This document shows, one piece after another, positions 41,598 to 51,828 of a DNA stretch of 64,000 bases. Where the stretch lies: the NCBI GenBank assembly GCA_963750165.1, contig CAVVPN010000012.1, positions 1,216,001 through 1,280,000 on the forward strand, written 5' to 3'. This DNA comes from an uncultured Gemmataceae bacterium (GTDB lineage: Bacteria > Planctomycetota > Planctomycetia > Gemmatales > Gemmataceae). Position numbers and translations under genes: made by a program. The notes beneath the pieces are model-generated. The model searched no databases and was not told where the DNA came from. It worked only from the letters and a program-made list of their open reading frames with translations. Positions within the stretch are counted from its first letter, which is position 1. Each line of letters starts with the position of its first letter.

Positions 41598-42117
41598 TCA
41601 TTTCTTCGGCAGGTTCTTGATGTAGTCGATGACCTTGTCGTTCGGCTTCGGGCCGCGCTGGGTGCCGGACGCTTTCTTCTTGGTCGTCTCGGCAGGCTCC
41701 TTGCCGAGGATAATGTACGGCTCTCCGAGCGCCTCGTTGGTCTCCCTGTCCACCACGAGGATATGCACGTCCTGGCGAATCAACGGGTCGCCCACGTTGT
41801 TGCGTCCGATGGACTTCTCCGACCACGTCAGCCGCACCACCGTCTTGACGTCCTCCGGTTTGACGGCGCAGATCCTCGGGCAGGCCGAAAAAGACCTCCC
41901 GGTCCACGGCCTTGGCCGACGTATCGACGACCACCACCTTGCCCTTGACGTAGGGTTCGGTCGTGCTTTCCTTGGCGTCGGCCAGGTACTCGGCGATCTT
42001 GGCGTTGAACGGCGCAGCCTCCTCGCTGCGCTGCTGCTCGCGAGTCCACCACCACCACACGGCCCAGGCGATGAGTCCGATGAACAGGATGGCGCCGATG
42101 ATGCGTACGATTTTCAT
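41598..42117 (-). CDS. Hypothetical membrane-anchored protein; frameshift near 41870
   Basis: N-terminal TM helix; coding-like sequence continues in a second frame to TGA 41598. Confidence 0.6.
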
Positions 42118-42162
42118 GCGTTCTCCTGTTAGTTCGGTTCACACTTGGTTTGCGCACAGCCT

Positions 42163-42221
42163 GTGGGACGGCTCTCCAGAGCCGTCCTTGTCTCGGAGAC
42201 GGCTCTGGAGAGCCGTCCTAC
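42163..42221. repeat. REP-like palindrome (GTGGGACGGCTCTCCAGAGCCGTC...GACGGCTCTGGAGAGCCGTCCTAC)
   Basis: GTRG...CTAC termini and internal hairpins typical of REP doublets. Confidence 0.85.
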
Positions 42222-42269
42222 GGGGCGTGATCCATGCGGCTGTGAACCGCGTTAGTTCAGTACCGGTGA

Positions 42270-42743
42270 TTACTTGGCGATCTTGAGTTTGACCTTGTGG
42301 CTGGGGCAGAAGGAGACACCTTTGACGGACGCCTCGGCGATCAGGTAGTACACGGCCTGGTCCTGACTCATGAAGGCGGACACCTTGCCGAAGGTCCCCA
42401 CCACACCGCCGGCGTCCTGCATGCGCTCGGGAAACGCGACGGAGAAGGAGAACGGCTCTTCCTTGTCCTCCCCCGCCTGCAGTTCGAGCGGGTAGCCGAG
42501 GGCCGAGGCGTGGAAGCTGCCCAGGACGAGTGTGTCGGTGACGCGCTCCTCCGCCTTGCCCGTCGTGTATTCTTCCACCACGCGCACTTCCAGGCTCAGT
42601 ACGGTTTTGGGCGACTTGGACTTGAGCAGAACCGCTCCCGAAATGACCGGATCGGAGCGACTCAGTGGCTCCTTGTATTTCCACAACAGCACCTTGACGC
42701 CGCCGATGTTCAACCAGCCTTTAATGGTGTCCCAGAGTCCCAC
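42270..42743 (-). CDS. Hypothetical protein, possibly SpoOM/arrestin-like beta-sandwich
   Basis: GTG start with GGAGG; beta-rich sequence; LNIGGVKV N-terminus. Confidence 0.6.
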   Translation of the reverse strand: MGLWDTIKGWLNIGGVKVLLWKYKEPLSRSDPVISGAVLLKSKSPKTVLSLEVRVVEEYTTGKAEERVTDTLVLGSFHASALGYPLELQAGEDKEEPFSFSVAFPERMQDAGGVVGTFGKVSAFMSQDQAVYYLIAEASVKGVSFCPSHKVKLKIAK

Positions 42744-42984
42744 GGCACCCTCCGATGAGTAAGAAGTCAGTTGCGTAACGCCCACTCAGTTTGGAAATGA
42801 TCGGGGCAAGCGGGAGGCGTGTCAACAAAAAAGTCGGCCGCGCGGCCGGAGTGAGCGTCTCGAAAGGGGGCGGATTGCACAAAGTCGCCGTGACCTGATA
42901 TGATGACCGTTGAGGTGCCGTGCCGCTGCGGAGGGCGGTGGCCTCGTTCCCTGACTCTCTTGCCGAAGAGGCCCCATCCACAGC

Positions 42985-44346
42985 ATGAGCACCCACCCCA
43001 AGGGGACTTACGCCTTTGTCAGCCTGGGCTGTCCCAAGAACCTGGTCGATTCCGAGCGGATGCTGGGCAAGCTCGCCCAGGACGGTTACGCACTGGTGCC
43101 GGAGGCGGCGGGGGCGGACGTGGTCGTCATCAACACCTGCGGCTTCATCGAGCCGGCGCGGCAGGAATCGCTGGCGGTCATCCGCGAGATGCTGGCGCTC
43201 AAGGAACAAGGCCGCGTCGGCTCCGTGGTGGTCGCCGGCTGCCTCGCCGAGCGCCGGGGCGACGAACTGCTGAAGGAAGTGCCGCAGGTCGATCACATCG
43301 TCGGCGTCTTCGGCCGCGAGGAGATCGCGCAGGTGCTGGAGCGCGTGCTCGCCGGCCGGCTGGAACAACGCAGCCTGTTCCGGCCGGCGCCTGTGCGGGC
43401 CCAGGAAGACACCGCCCGGCTGCGCGTCACGCCACGGCACTTCGCCTACCTGAAAATCTCCGAGGGCTGCGACCGCCTGTGTACGTTCTGCGCCATCCCC
43501 GGTATGCGCGGCAAGCACGTCACCAAGCCGCTGGAAGAGGTGGTGCGCGAGGCCCGCGAACTGGCCGATGATGGTGTGCGCGAGCTGATCCTGGTCGCCC
43601 AGGACACGACGTATTACGGAATGGACCTGTACGGCCGGGTCCGTCTGGCCGAATTGCTCCGCGAACTGGATCGGGTGGACGGCCTGGAGTGGATTCGCAT
43701 CCTGTATGCGTACCCGATCAACTTCACCGACGAACTGATTGACGCGCTGGCCGGCGCGACGAAAATCCTGCCGTACCTGGACCTGCCGCTGCAGCACATC
43801 AACGACCGGCTGCTGCGGCGCATGCAGCGGCGCGTCCACCGCGCCGCCACGGAGGAACTGCTCGGCCGGCTGCGCGCGGCGCTGCCGAAGCTGGCCCTGC
43901 GGACGACGTTCATTGTCGGCTTCCCCGGCGAGACGGATGCGGAGTTTGAAGAACTGGTGGCGTTCGTCGAAGAGGTGCGGTTCGAGCGGCTGGGCGTGTT
44001 CCCGTATTCGCTGGAGCCGGGCACGCCGGCGGTGAAGCTGGACGGTCACCTGCCGGAAGAGGTCAAGCAAGCGCGGCGGAATCGGTTGATGGAAGTGCAG
44101 CAGCCGATCGCGCTGGACTGGACGCGGCGGCAGGTGGGCCAGGAACTGGATGTGATCGTGGACGGCCCGGACCCGGAGGTGCCCAACCACGTGCTGGCCC
44201 GCAGTTACGCGGACGCGCCGGACATCGACTGCGTGGTGCGCGTCAAGGGCAAGCAACTGCGGTCGGGCGATCTGGCAACGATCAAGGTGACCGCGGCGGA
44301 CGGCTACGATCTGGTGGGGCGTGCCCTGCCCGCGGCAGTGAGGTGA
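42985..44346 (+). CDS. rimO: Ribosomal protein S12 methylthiotransferase
   Basis: VSLGCPKNLVDSE, NTCGFIE, EGCDRLCTFCAIP, C-terminal DAPDID TRAM. Confidence 0.95.
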   Translation: MSTHPKGTYAFVSLGCPKNLVDSERMLGKLAQDGYALVPEAAGADVVVINTCGFIEPARQESLAVIREMLALKEQGRVGSVVVAGCLAERRGDELLKEVPQVDHIVGVFGREEIAQVLERVLAGRLEQRSLFRPAPVRAQEDTARLRVTPRHFAYLKISEGCDRLCTFCAIPGMRGKHVTKPLEEVVREARELADDGVRELILVAQDTTYYGMDLYGRVRLAELLRELDRVDGLEWIRILYAYPINFTDELIDALAGATKILPYLDLPLQHINDRLLRRMQRRVHRAATEELLGRLRAALPKLALRTTFIVGFPGETDAEFEELVAFVEEVRFERLGVFPYSLEPGTPAVKLDGHLPEEVKQARRNRLMEVQQPIALDWTRRQVGQELDVIVDGPDPEVPNHVLARSYADAPDIDCVVRVKGKQLRSGDLATIKVTAADGYDLVGRALPAAVR

Positions 44347-44350
44347 CCGC

Positions 44351-44974
44351 ATGGCGACCGTGACCCCCGGGAAATCGGAACTACCGGTGCGGCGAGAGCC
44401 GTCCCCGTTCAACCTGCCCAACCAGTTGACCGCGAGCCGGTTCGTGCTGGGCGTGGTGCTGTTCGTGTTCATTGAACTGGAATTGTGGGTGAGCGCGATC
44501 GTCGTGTTCGCGGTGGCGGCGGCGACGGACTGGCTGGACGGCTACATGGCTCGCAGGCAGGGGTTGGTGAGTTCGCTGGGCCGCAATCTCGATCCACTGG
44601 TGGACAAGGTGGTGATCTGCGGGGCCTATATCTTTCTGCTGCCGCTGGGCGCGAAGGCGGGGTTGGCGGCGTGGATGGTAACGGTGGTGGTTGGCCGTGA
44701 GCTAATCATCACGGGACTGCGGAGTTTCATGGAGAACCGCGGCGCCAGCTTCGGCGCGGACTGGCTGGGCAAGGTCAAGATGACCTTGCAGTGTGCGGTG
44801 CTTTTCGCCATCTTTCTGGTGCTACAGTGGCCGGCGTGGACCGAGGACGGGCTGACGGCCCTGACGTGGCTGCGCGACGGCCTGATTTACGCGATGCTGC
44901 TGGCGACGGCGCTGAGCGGTCTGCAATACCTGGTGCGGGCGGCGAGCCTGCTGAAAGCGGACCCGGTGGGGTAA
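44351..44974 (+). CDS. pgsA: CDP-diacylglycerol--glycerol-3-phosphate phosphatidyltransferase
   Basis: NLPNQLT.SR, TDWLDGYMARR...G..LDP.VDK, RE..ITGLR, GK.KM. Confidence 0.92.
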   Translation: MATVTPGKSELPVRREPSPFNLPNQLTASRFVLGVVLFVFIELELWVSAIVVFAVAAATDWLDGYMARRQGLVSSLGRNLDPLVDKVVICGAYIFLLPLGAKAGLAAWMVTVVVGRELIITGLRSFMENRGASFGADWLGKVKMTLQCAVLFAIFLVLQWPAWTEDGLTALTWLRDGLIYAMLLATALSGLQYLVRAASLLKADPVG

Positions 44975-44976
44975 CA

Positions 44977-45026
44977 GTCCGAGCCCGAGCGCCAGCGCTG
45001 CCCTGCGCTGGCGCTCGGGCTCGGAC
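44977..45026. repeat. REP-like palindrome family A, copy 3
   Basis: GTCCGAGCCCGAGCGCCAGCGC...GCGCTGGCGCTCGGGCTCGGAC. Confidence 0.88.
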
Positions 45027-45041
45027 GGGACACCGACTACC

Positions 45042-46118
45042 ATGACAGCAGAGCGGACGAAACAGCCGGTCGGGTTCGCGATTATCGGCTGCGGCATGAT
45101 CGCGGGCTTCCACGCGCGGGCGCTGGCGGAGGTGCCGGGGGCGCGGGTGGCGGCGGTGGTCAGCCGGCAGCTCGACCGCGCTCAGGAGTTCCGGCAGACG
45201 CTCGGCCTCGACTGCGCCATCTACGACAACCTGTCGGCGGCGCTGACGCGGCCGGACGTTCACGCGGTCATCGTGACGACGCCGAGCGGCGCCCACATGG
45301 AGCCCGCCGTGACCGCGGCGCAGGCCGGCAAGCATGTCGTCGTGGAAAAGCCGCTGGAAATCACCCTGGAGCGCTGCGACGCCATCATCGCGGCGTGTGA
45401 GCAGCACCGAGTTCAGTTGTGTACCATTTTCCCGTCGCGCTTCGGCGACGCCAACCGCACGTTGAAGGCGGCGCTGGAGGCGGGGCGTTTCGGCCGGCTG
45501 ACGCTGGGCGAGACGACCTGCAAATGGTGGCGGCCGCAGTCGTACTACGACGAGGGCGGCTGGAAGGGCACGCAGGCGCTGGACGGTGGCGGCGCGTTGA
45601 TGAACCAGGCGATTCACAACGTCGATCTGCTGCAATGGTTGATGGGGCCGGTGTCGCACATCTCCGGCTTCACCGCGACGCTGGCCCACGAGCGCATCGA
45701 GGTGGAAGACACAGCCGTCGCCTGCTTGCGGTTTGCGATCGGTGCCCTCGGCGTCATCCAGGCGACGACGAGCGTCCACCCGGGGCTGCCGAAGACCATC
45801 GCGGTACACGGCGACCGCGGCACGGTGGTCATCGAACAGGACGACGTGCTGCGCTGGGACTTCGCGCCGGAGACGGCGGAGGACGCGGCAGTGAAGCAGC
45901 GCTTCGCGCAGAAGAGCGGCGCGTCGGGCGGGTCGAGCAATCCCGCCGCGATCTCGCACCAGGGTCACGCCCGGCAGCTGGCGGATTTTGTCGAGGCGAT
46001 CACAACGGGTCGGCCGCCGCTGGTGGACGGCCGTGAGGGTCGCAAGGCGGTCGAGATTATTCTGGCGATCTACCGCTCCGCCCAGACGGGGTGTGTGGTG
46101 GAGTTGCCGTTGCGCTGA
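45042..46118 (+). CDS. Gfo/Idh/MocA oxidoreductase
   Basis: IIGCGMI, TPSGAH, VEKP, DGGGALMNQAIH. Confidence 0.92.
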   Translation: MTAERTKQPVGFAIIGCGMIAGFHARALAEVPGARVAAVVSRQLDRAQEFRQTLGLDCAIYDNLSAALTRPDVHAVIVTTPSGAHMEPAVTAAQAGKHVVVEKPLEITLERCDAIIAACEQHRVQLCTIFPSRFGDANRTLKAALEAGRFGRLTLGETTCKWWRPQSYYDEGGWKGTQALDGGGALMNQAIHNVDLLQWLMGPVSHISGFTATLAHERIEVEDTAVACLRFAIGALGVIQATTSVHPGLPKTIAVHGDRGTVVIEQDDVLRWDFAPETAEDAAVKQRFAQKSGASGGSSNPAAISHQGHARQLADFVEAITTGRPPLVDGREGRKAVEIILAIYRSAQTGCVVELPLR

Positions 46119-46126
46119 ACCCTGAT

Positions 46127-46185
46127 CGTGGGGCAGACATTCCTGTCTGCCAACCTCAACGGCAGACGGGAATGTCTGCCCCACG
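46127..46185. repeat. REP-like palindrome family B, copy 2
   Basis: CGTGGGGCAGACATTCCTGTCTGCC...GGCAGACGGGAATGTCTGCCCCACG. Confidence 0.88.
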
Positions 46186-46207
46186 TTACGTCAAAGGAGT
46201 GACGTTG

Positions 46208-47128
46208 ATGGCCAGGCCGCGTTCCCTTGTTGGCGATTACCTCATCTACCTCATCGTCCGCCTGTTCGTCTGCTTGATCCAGGCGCTGCCGCCGCCAGCG
46301 GCCCGGGCGTTCGCCGCGGGCCTGGCGTGGCTGGCGTACCGCGTCAACCGCCGCCACCGCATCGTGGCCCGCGACAACCTCCGCCAGGCGTACCCCGGCC
46401 GCTACAGCGACGCTGAGCTGGACGCCCTGGTGCGGGCGGTCTACCGGCACTTCTGCACGCTGGTCATCGAAATCATCCTGATCCCGCGCTTGTTGCAGCC
46501 GGCGAACTGGCGGAACTACATCCGCCTGGTCGGTGGCGACCGCGTGGTGAACTGCCTGCTGTCGGGCCGGCCGCTGCTGTTTGTGACGGGTCACTGGGGC
46601 AACTGGGAGATGGCCGGCTACGCGCTGGGTCTGCTCGGCTTCACGACGCACGCCATCGCCCGGCCGCTGGACAACCCCTTCCTGGACCGCTTTCTGCTGA
46701 AGTTCCGCGAGAAAACGGGCCAGAAAATTCTGGCCAAGCACGGCGACTTCGCGGAGATGCAGGCGCTGCTGGACGGCGGCGGCGTGATCGCGACGCTGGC
46801 GGACCAGGACGCCGGGCAGCGCGGCCTGTTCGTGGAATTCTTCGGCCGGCCGGCCTCGACGCACAAGGCGGTGGCGCTGCTGGCGCTGCAACAGAACGTG
46901 GTGCTGGCGGTGGTTGGCACGGGCAAGGTGGCGGAGCCGATGCGCTACGAGATCGTGACGCAGGACGTGATTTATCCGGAGGAGTACGCCAGCCACGCCG
47001 ACCCGGTGCGGGCGATGACGCAGCGCTTCACGACGGCGCTGGAGCAGTTGATCCGCACAGCGCCGGAGCAGTATTTCTGGCTGCACCGGCGCTGGAAGCA
47101 CCAGCCGGCGGCGCGGAAGGCGGCGTAG
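46208..47128 (+). CDS. Lipid A lauroyl/myristoyl acyltransferase family (LpxL/HtrB-like)
   Basis: TGHWGNWE, LADQD, FFG.PA, PEQYFWLHRRWK. Confidence 0.9.
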   Translation: MARPRSLVGDYLIYLIVRLFVCLIQALPPPAARAFAAGLAWLAYRVNRRHRIVARDNLRQAYPGRYSDAELDALVRAVYRHFCTLVIEIILIPRLLQPANWRNYIRLVGGDRVVNCLLSGRPLLFVTGHWGNWEMAGYALGLLGFTTHAIARPLDNPFLDRFLLKFREKTGQKILAKHGDFAEMQALLDGGGVIATLADQDAGQRGLFVEFFGRPASTHKAVALLALQQNVVLAVVGTGKVAEPMRYEIVTQDVIYPEEYASHADPVRAMTQRFTTALEQLIRTAPEQYFWLHRRWKHQPAARKAA

Positions 47129-47141
47129 GTTCCGACTGCTC

Positions 47142-47174
47142 AAAAAGAGAGCCTCGGGCATCAGCCCGAGGCTC
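47142..47174 (-). terminator. Rho-independent terminator of the PEP-CTERM gene (possibly bidirectional)
   Basis: GAGCCTCGGGC/GCCCGAGGCTC hairpin followed on the minus strand by TCTTTTT. Confidence 0.7.
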
Positions 47175-47201
47175 GTTGAGAATCACGGTTCACGCATCGG
47201 C

Positions 47202-47888
47202 TCACGCAGTCACAGGCTGCTTCCGCCGCCGCCAGCGGGAGTAGCCGGTAAGGCTGGCGATGCCCATGCCGAGCAGGATCAGGCTGGAAGGTTCGGGCGT
47301 GGCAGAAGTCAGCGTGAACGTACCGCCGTCGTAATTCTGGGTATTGGTGAGCATTGAGTAAGTTTGGGCGCCGTTGTTGCCGTAGTAGAGGTTGATCTCA
47401 GGCGTGGAACCGATAGTCGTCCCAAACAGCAAACCAAAGTAGTCAAGATACGAAGGACCTGTGGTAGTAAAGCCTTGCACTCCCTGGTTCGCCCCACCGG
47501 CGGCGTTGTTGCCTGGGTAGATCAGGTCGTCAACAATGGATGAGCCAAGGGGACTCGAAGTCACAGTCGGGGGCCCGGAGATTGCCAGGAGAGAATACGT
47601 CCCGAGGGGCGTATCGGTGGGATCAGCGGAACTGGTCAGGGTCAGGGTGCCACCGGTAACCAACAAGCTCCCATCACCAAGGCCGGAGTTTTGCGCGTTG
47701 AGGGTGCCGAAACCGACATTCCCGGCGATGTTGAAGGTGTAGTTGAACATCGGGTCCGGCCCCGATGGCGAGTAGGCGAGCGACCCCCCCTGGGTCCCGG
47801 TCCCGGTGGACACAAACCCTGCCATCGCCTGCCCCGAGCCGCCGAGCAGCAGCGTTAGGGCAGCCACCATCCAGGTCAAACGCTTCAT
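47202..47888 (-). CDS. PEP-CTERM sorting-domain surface protein
   Basis: Signal peptide; Ser/Thr/Gly-rich body; TPEPSSLILLGMG + TM + RWRRRK. Confidence 0.92.
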   Translation of the reverse strand: MKRLTWMVAALTLLLGGSGQAMAGFVSTGTGTQGGSLAYSPSGPDPMFNYTFNIAGNVGFGTLNAQNSGLGDGSLLVTGGTLTLTSSADPTDTPLGTYSLLAISGPPTVTSSPLGSSIVDDLIYPGNNAAGGANQGVQGFTTTGPSYLDYFGLLFGTTIGSTPEINLYYGNNGAQTYSMLTNTQNYDGGTFTLTSATPEPSSLILLGMGIASLTGYSRWRRRKQPVTA

Positions 47889-47999
47889 CAATCGAACTCC
47901 CTTTGTCGGAAATGGGCACCGCGGGTGGCGGGCGAATCAGGGTGATTCTCCAGCACCGCCGATAACACTGAGGGTACTAAGCATTTTCCCGAAAGCAAG

Positions 48000-48028
48000 A
48001 ATTATTTGCAAAATTATTGCAAATAATT
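48000..48028. promoter_or_regulatory. AT-rich perfect 12-bp inverted repeat, candidate operator upstream of the PEP-CTERM gene
   Basis: AATTATTTGCAA-aatta-TTGCAAATAATT. Confidence 0.55.
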
Positions 48029-48091
48029 AAAGGAGTCCTGAAGTAAATATGTGTCATCAGACATGTTTGGCTCGGAATTCTGCAACCTGGT

Positions 48092-48804
48092 TCAGGCCAG
48101 ATACGCCCCGGCCGCCGCCTCCCGGTACGTCGCTTCCAGGTCCACCGTAACCTCTTGGTGGACCGTGAGCGGCAGGGGCAAGGTCGGCAGGTGGACCCCA
48201 CGGCCAGCGGCCGCCGCCACACGGCCAGAAGCCGCCCCCCCGTGGCCGCGGGTTCGCCCACCCGATAACTGACGGCGAAGGGCGCCGGGAGCGGCGGCTG
48301 GTCCATTTGCAATTCCGCGGCAATACGGTTCGCGAATGAGAACCGCCGCGGCCGGCGGTGAACGTCCACCAGCAGCAAGTTGACTCCCCGGAGCAAATAG
48401 CCCACGTAGCGCGTCGCGTAGGTGGCGCGGGCCAAGCGCCGATCCTTGTTGCGTGGCGAGACCAACTCCACGGCCGCGATCAAATGCCCGCCGCGCTCGA
48501 CCATCAAGGCCGGGTCGGGTTGCAGCACGCTCACCGCGATTTCTTCATCCGGTTCCTGCGCGGCTGCGTCGGTGGGGCTTGCGGAATCGCCATCTTCCCC
48601 GGGAAACAACTCCTCACTCAGTCGGCTGTGTACCTCCACGTCCGGCTTTTCGGCGGGCGCGCCGACGGCGAGGGTCGGTGCATAACCGACGAAAGCCCGG
48701 TATTCGGCAGGCAGACGCGGTTTCACCCAGTGGAGTAACTCCGCGATCCACAGGAGATGAACCCCTTCCCAGCCGGAACGACCTGACCACTCATGAAGCG
48801 GCAT
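48092..48804 (-). CDS. DUF4058 family protein; frameshift near 48197
   Basis: MPLHEW..W.G.H, AAVELVSPRNKDR, GVNLLLVD; LPLPL..VDLEATY in second frame. Confidence 0.8.
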
Positions 48805-48951
48805 GCCTGGCCCTCCTTTTTGTCGAACTGCGACGAGTACCGCCTGGGTTGGGCCGCTGTCCTTGAACACACTAAACCCATATTTAACAGGATACCGGCG
48901 CCCTGCGCTGCCTGCCACAGGGTTCGGTCAACGTCCGACGGAGACGCGCTC

Positions 48952-49832
48952 GTGAAGCCCGTGCTGAAACTCGTGCTGTCGTGCTCGGTCCTCGCTTCCC
49001 TGTGGCTCGCCGCCATTCACGGCCCCGAAAGCGGCGCCGCCAGCCAGGGCGGCGGCGAAGTCACCCTCATCCTCAAGCTGCCCAAGAGCAAGGAATACCC
49101 CGAGCGCAACGCGGCGCCAAACTGATCATCGACGGCAAGGACCACACCGAGCCGAAGGACACGTTGCGCACCGTCAAGCTGCCGCTCAGGGCGGGCCAAA
49201 CCACCGTCGCAATTGCTTACGGCTTCTGGCCGAACAATTATACCAACATCGTCCGCCCCCGGACGCTCAAGGTCGAGCCGGGCAAGGTCTACACCGTGGA
49301 CCTGAACCGCGAGGATCTCGAGCAGCGCGACCATGTGGAGGTGATCTACGTGCCGACGCCGAACAAGGTGGTGGACGAGATGCTGAAGATGGCGCAGGTG
49401 GGGCCGAACGACGTGGTCTGGGACATCGGCTGTGGCGACGGCCGGCTGGTGCTCATGGCGGTGGAACAGTACGGCGCCAGGCGGGGTATCGGCATCGACA
49501 TTAGCCCGCAGCGGATCGAGGAGTCCAACAAGAACGCCCGGCTGTCGAAGGTGAAGGACCGCGTGGATTTCAAGGTCGGCGACGCCCTGAAGTTGACGGA
49601 CGTGTCCGAGGCGTCAGTGGTGCTGCTGTACGTCGGCAAGGAGATCAATCTGCGGCTGCGGCCGATCCTGCAGAAGACGCTCAAGCCGGGGTCGCGCGTC
49701 GTGTCGCACCGCTTCACCATGGGCGACTGGAAGCCGGACGAGACCCGCAAACTGAAGGCCAAGAACAACCTCGGCGAGACCGACGAGTACGAGTTGCACC
49801 TCTGGACGATCCGGGGGCAGAAAGCGAAGTAA
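48952..49832 (+). CDS. SAM-dependent methyltransferase with signal peptide and TIGR03000-like N-domain; frameshift near 49110
   Basis: YVPTP..VVDEML, DIGCGDGR, GIDI, LKPGSRVVSH. Confidence 0.85.
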
Positions 49833-49833
49833 C

Positions 49834-50259
49834 GTGTTGACCGCCGAGAACGTCATCCTCACACTCAAGGTCGCGGTGATCGCGGTCACGGTGCTGCTGA
49901 TCGCGTCGCTGATCGCCCTGTCGCGCGGCCGCTACCACCTGCACGGCCGCATCAATATGGTCTTCTTCGCCCTGACCGTCACGGCCCTGTTCGGCCTGGA
50001 AGTCGTGGTCCGCCTCATCGACCCCAAAATGTTTGAGGAGTTCTTCGACCGCACCGATGCCTGGACGAAGCTGTATATCCACCTGGCGTTTTCCATGCCG
50101 GCGACACTGCTGCTGGTGGGCATGCTCTACACCGGCCTCAAGCGGCGGCGCACGCTGCACTACCGAATGGGGCTGGTGTTCCTGGTTTTCTGGATCGGCA
50201 CCTTCATCACGGGCGTGTTTTTCCTGCCGCACCAGGGGCCGCCACAGGGGCCACCATGA
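49834..50259 (+). CDS. DUF420-like four-TM membrane protein
   Basis: Four hydrophobic segments with conserved His residues (YHLHG, YIHL, LHY). Confidence 0.7.
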   Translation: MLTAENVILTLKVAVIAVTVLLIASLIALSRGRYHLHGRINMVFFALTVTALFGLEVVVRLIDPKMFEEFFDRTDAWTKLYIHLAFSMPATLLLVGMLYTGLKRRRTLHYRMGLVFLVFWIGTFITGVFFLPHQGPPQGPP

Positions 50260-50857
50260 CCGAACCGGGCCAAACCTTCTCGGACCTGCTGCACCAACCG
50301 TCCGGCTGGCAGGCAGACGAACCCGTGGAGCCGACGCCGCCGGCACCGCTGCGCATCGTCGAGGCGCTGCTGTTCGTCGGCGGGCCGCCGTTGACGGCGG
50401 CGCGAGCGCGCGAGATCGTCCGCGGTCTGACGGAGGAGCAATTCTTGCAGGCGGTCGAGCGGCTCAACCACGACTACCGCCGTCAGAACCGGCCGTACCT
50501 GATTCAGCCGCAGGACTCGGGCCACGTGCTGACGCTGCGGCCGCGGCACCGGCCGGTGCTGGACCGGCTGTACGGCTCGATGCGTGAGGCCCGGCTGTCA
50601 AACGTCGCGGTGGACGTGCTGGCGCTGGTCGCATACCGTCAACCGGCGACCAGGCAGGAGATCGACAGCCTGCGCGGCGCCGAGTCCGGGCGCTACTGCG
50701 GCAGTTGCAGCGCCGCGGCCTGATCGCCGTGGTGCAGCGTGCCGACGCCGAGGCAGTGCGCGAGGTTTCCTACGGCACGACGCCGCGCTTCCTGGAACTG
50801 TTCGGGCTGAACAGCCTGGAAGATTTGCCGCGGACACAGGACCTGCAGCAGATTTGA
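50256..50857 (+). CDS. scpB: SMC-ScpAB subunit ScpB; frameshift near 50690
   Basis: VEALLF, LS..A..VLA.VAYRQP.TR.EID.LRG; YGTT.RFL..FGL.SL.DLP in second frame. Confidence 0.88.
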
Positions 50858-50966
50858 AAACGGATTCACCACAAAGACACAAAGAGCACCAAGAAGACCG
50901 AAGATTGATTTATCAACTCTTTTTGTCTTCTTGGTGCTCTTTTTGTCTTTGTGGTAAATCCGTTTT
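50857..50966. repeat. CACAAAG-unit palindrome between convergent genes
   Basis: AAAACGGATTCACCACAAAGACACAAAGAGCACCAAGAAGAC / GTCTTCTTGGTGCTCTTTTTGTCTTTGTGGTAAATCCGTTTT. Confidence 0.85.
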
Positions 50967-51828
50967 ATGCTCGCGCCAAGAACTCGCGGACGGCCTCGGC
51001 GTACAGTTCCTGGAGCCGTCGCGTCACCGGCCCCGGCCGGCCAGCGCCGACCGGCTGGCCGTCCACGCGCACGATCGGCAGAATCTCCGAGGTCGTGCCG
51101 GTCAGGAACAGTTCCGAAACCTGGCGCAGCTGGCCGCGCTGCAGGTACTGCTCGCGAGCCGGGAGGTCCGCCTTTTTGGCCAGTCGCAGGATCAAGTTGC
51201 GCGTCATGCCGGGCAGAATCTGCGAACTGTTCGGGCTCGTCAGCAGGTAGCCGTCCAGCACCGCGAAGAAGCTGCTGTGCGTCGCCTCGGTCATGGTGCC
51301 GTCCGGCAGATACAGCAGCGCCTCATGACAGCCCGCCTCGATGGCGTTTTGATAGGCCAGGATGTTGCCCAGCAGGTTCGTCGTCTTGATGTCGCAGCGC
51401 TCCCAGCGCAGGTCCGGCTGTGTGACGACCGTGACGCCCTCCTGCCGCTTCGGCGGATAGGGGTCGATGAACTCCTGCACCCACAAAAACTCCGTCGGCG
51501 TCGCATTCGTGGGAAAGGCGTGGTTGCGTGGAGCCACGCCGCGCGTCACCTGGAGGTAAATCATCGCCTCGGCGAAACCGCTCGCGCGCAGTGTGTCCAG
51601 CAGCCGCTGTCGCAACCGCGGCAGGTCCACGCCGGTGATGCGCAGCGCCTGCAGGCTGCGCGTCAGCCGATCCCAGTGCTCCTCCAGCAGCCACGGCTTG
51701 CCGCCGTAAACGCGCAACACCTCGTACACCGAGTCGCCGAAGAGGAAGCCGCGGTCCAGCGCGGATACCTTGACCTCGGTCAGCGGCAGCTGTTCGCCGT
51801 TGAGATTCGCCAGCGCGGGACGGGTCAT
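50965..51828 (-). CDS. Class IV PLP aminotransferase (D-amino-acid aminotransferase-like)
   Basis: DRGFLFGDSVYEV, YLQVTRG, RCDIKTTNLL, ILPGMTR, GTTSEI. Confidence 0.9.
   Translation of the reverse strand: MTRPALANLNGEQLPLTEVKVSALDRGFLFGDSVYEVLRVYGGKPWLLEEHWDRLTRSLQALRITGVDLPRLRQRLLDTLRASGFAEAMIYLQVTRGVAPRNHAFPTNATPTEFLWVQEFIDPYPPKRQEGVTVVTQPDLRWERCDIKTTNLLGNILAYQNAIEAGCHEALLYLPDGTMTEATHSSFFAVLDGYLLTSPNSSQILPGMTRNLILRLAKKADLPAREQYLQRGQLRQVSELFLTGTTSEILPIVRVDGQPVGAGRPGPVTRRLQELYAEAVREFLARA

Noticed and set aside
41540..42800. Integrative island at the tRNA 3' end
   Set aside because: No integrase, and no duplicated tRNA 3' segment was noticed in the window
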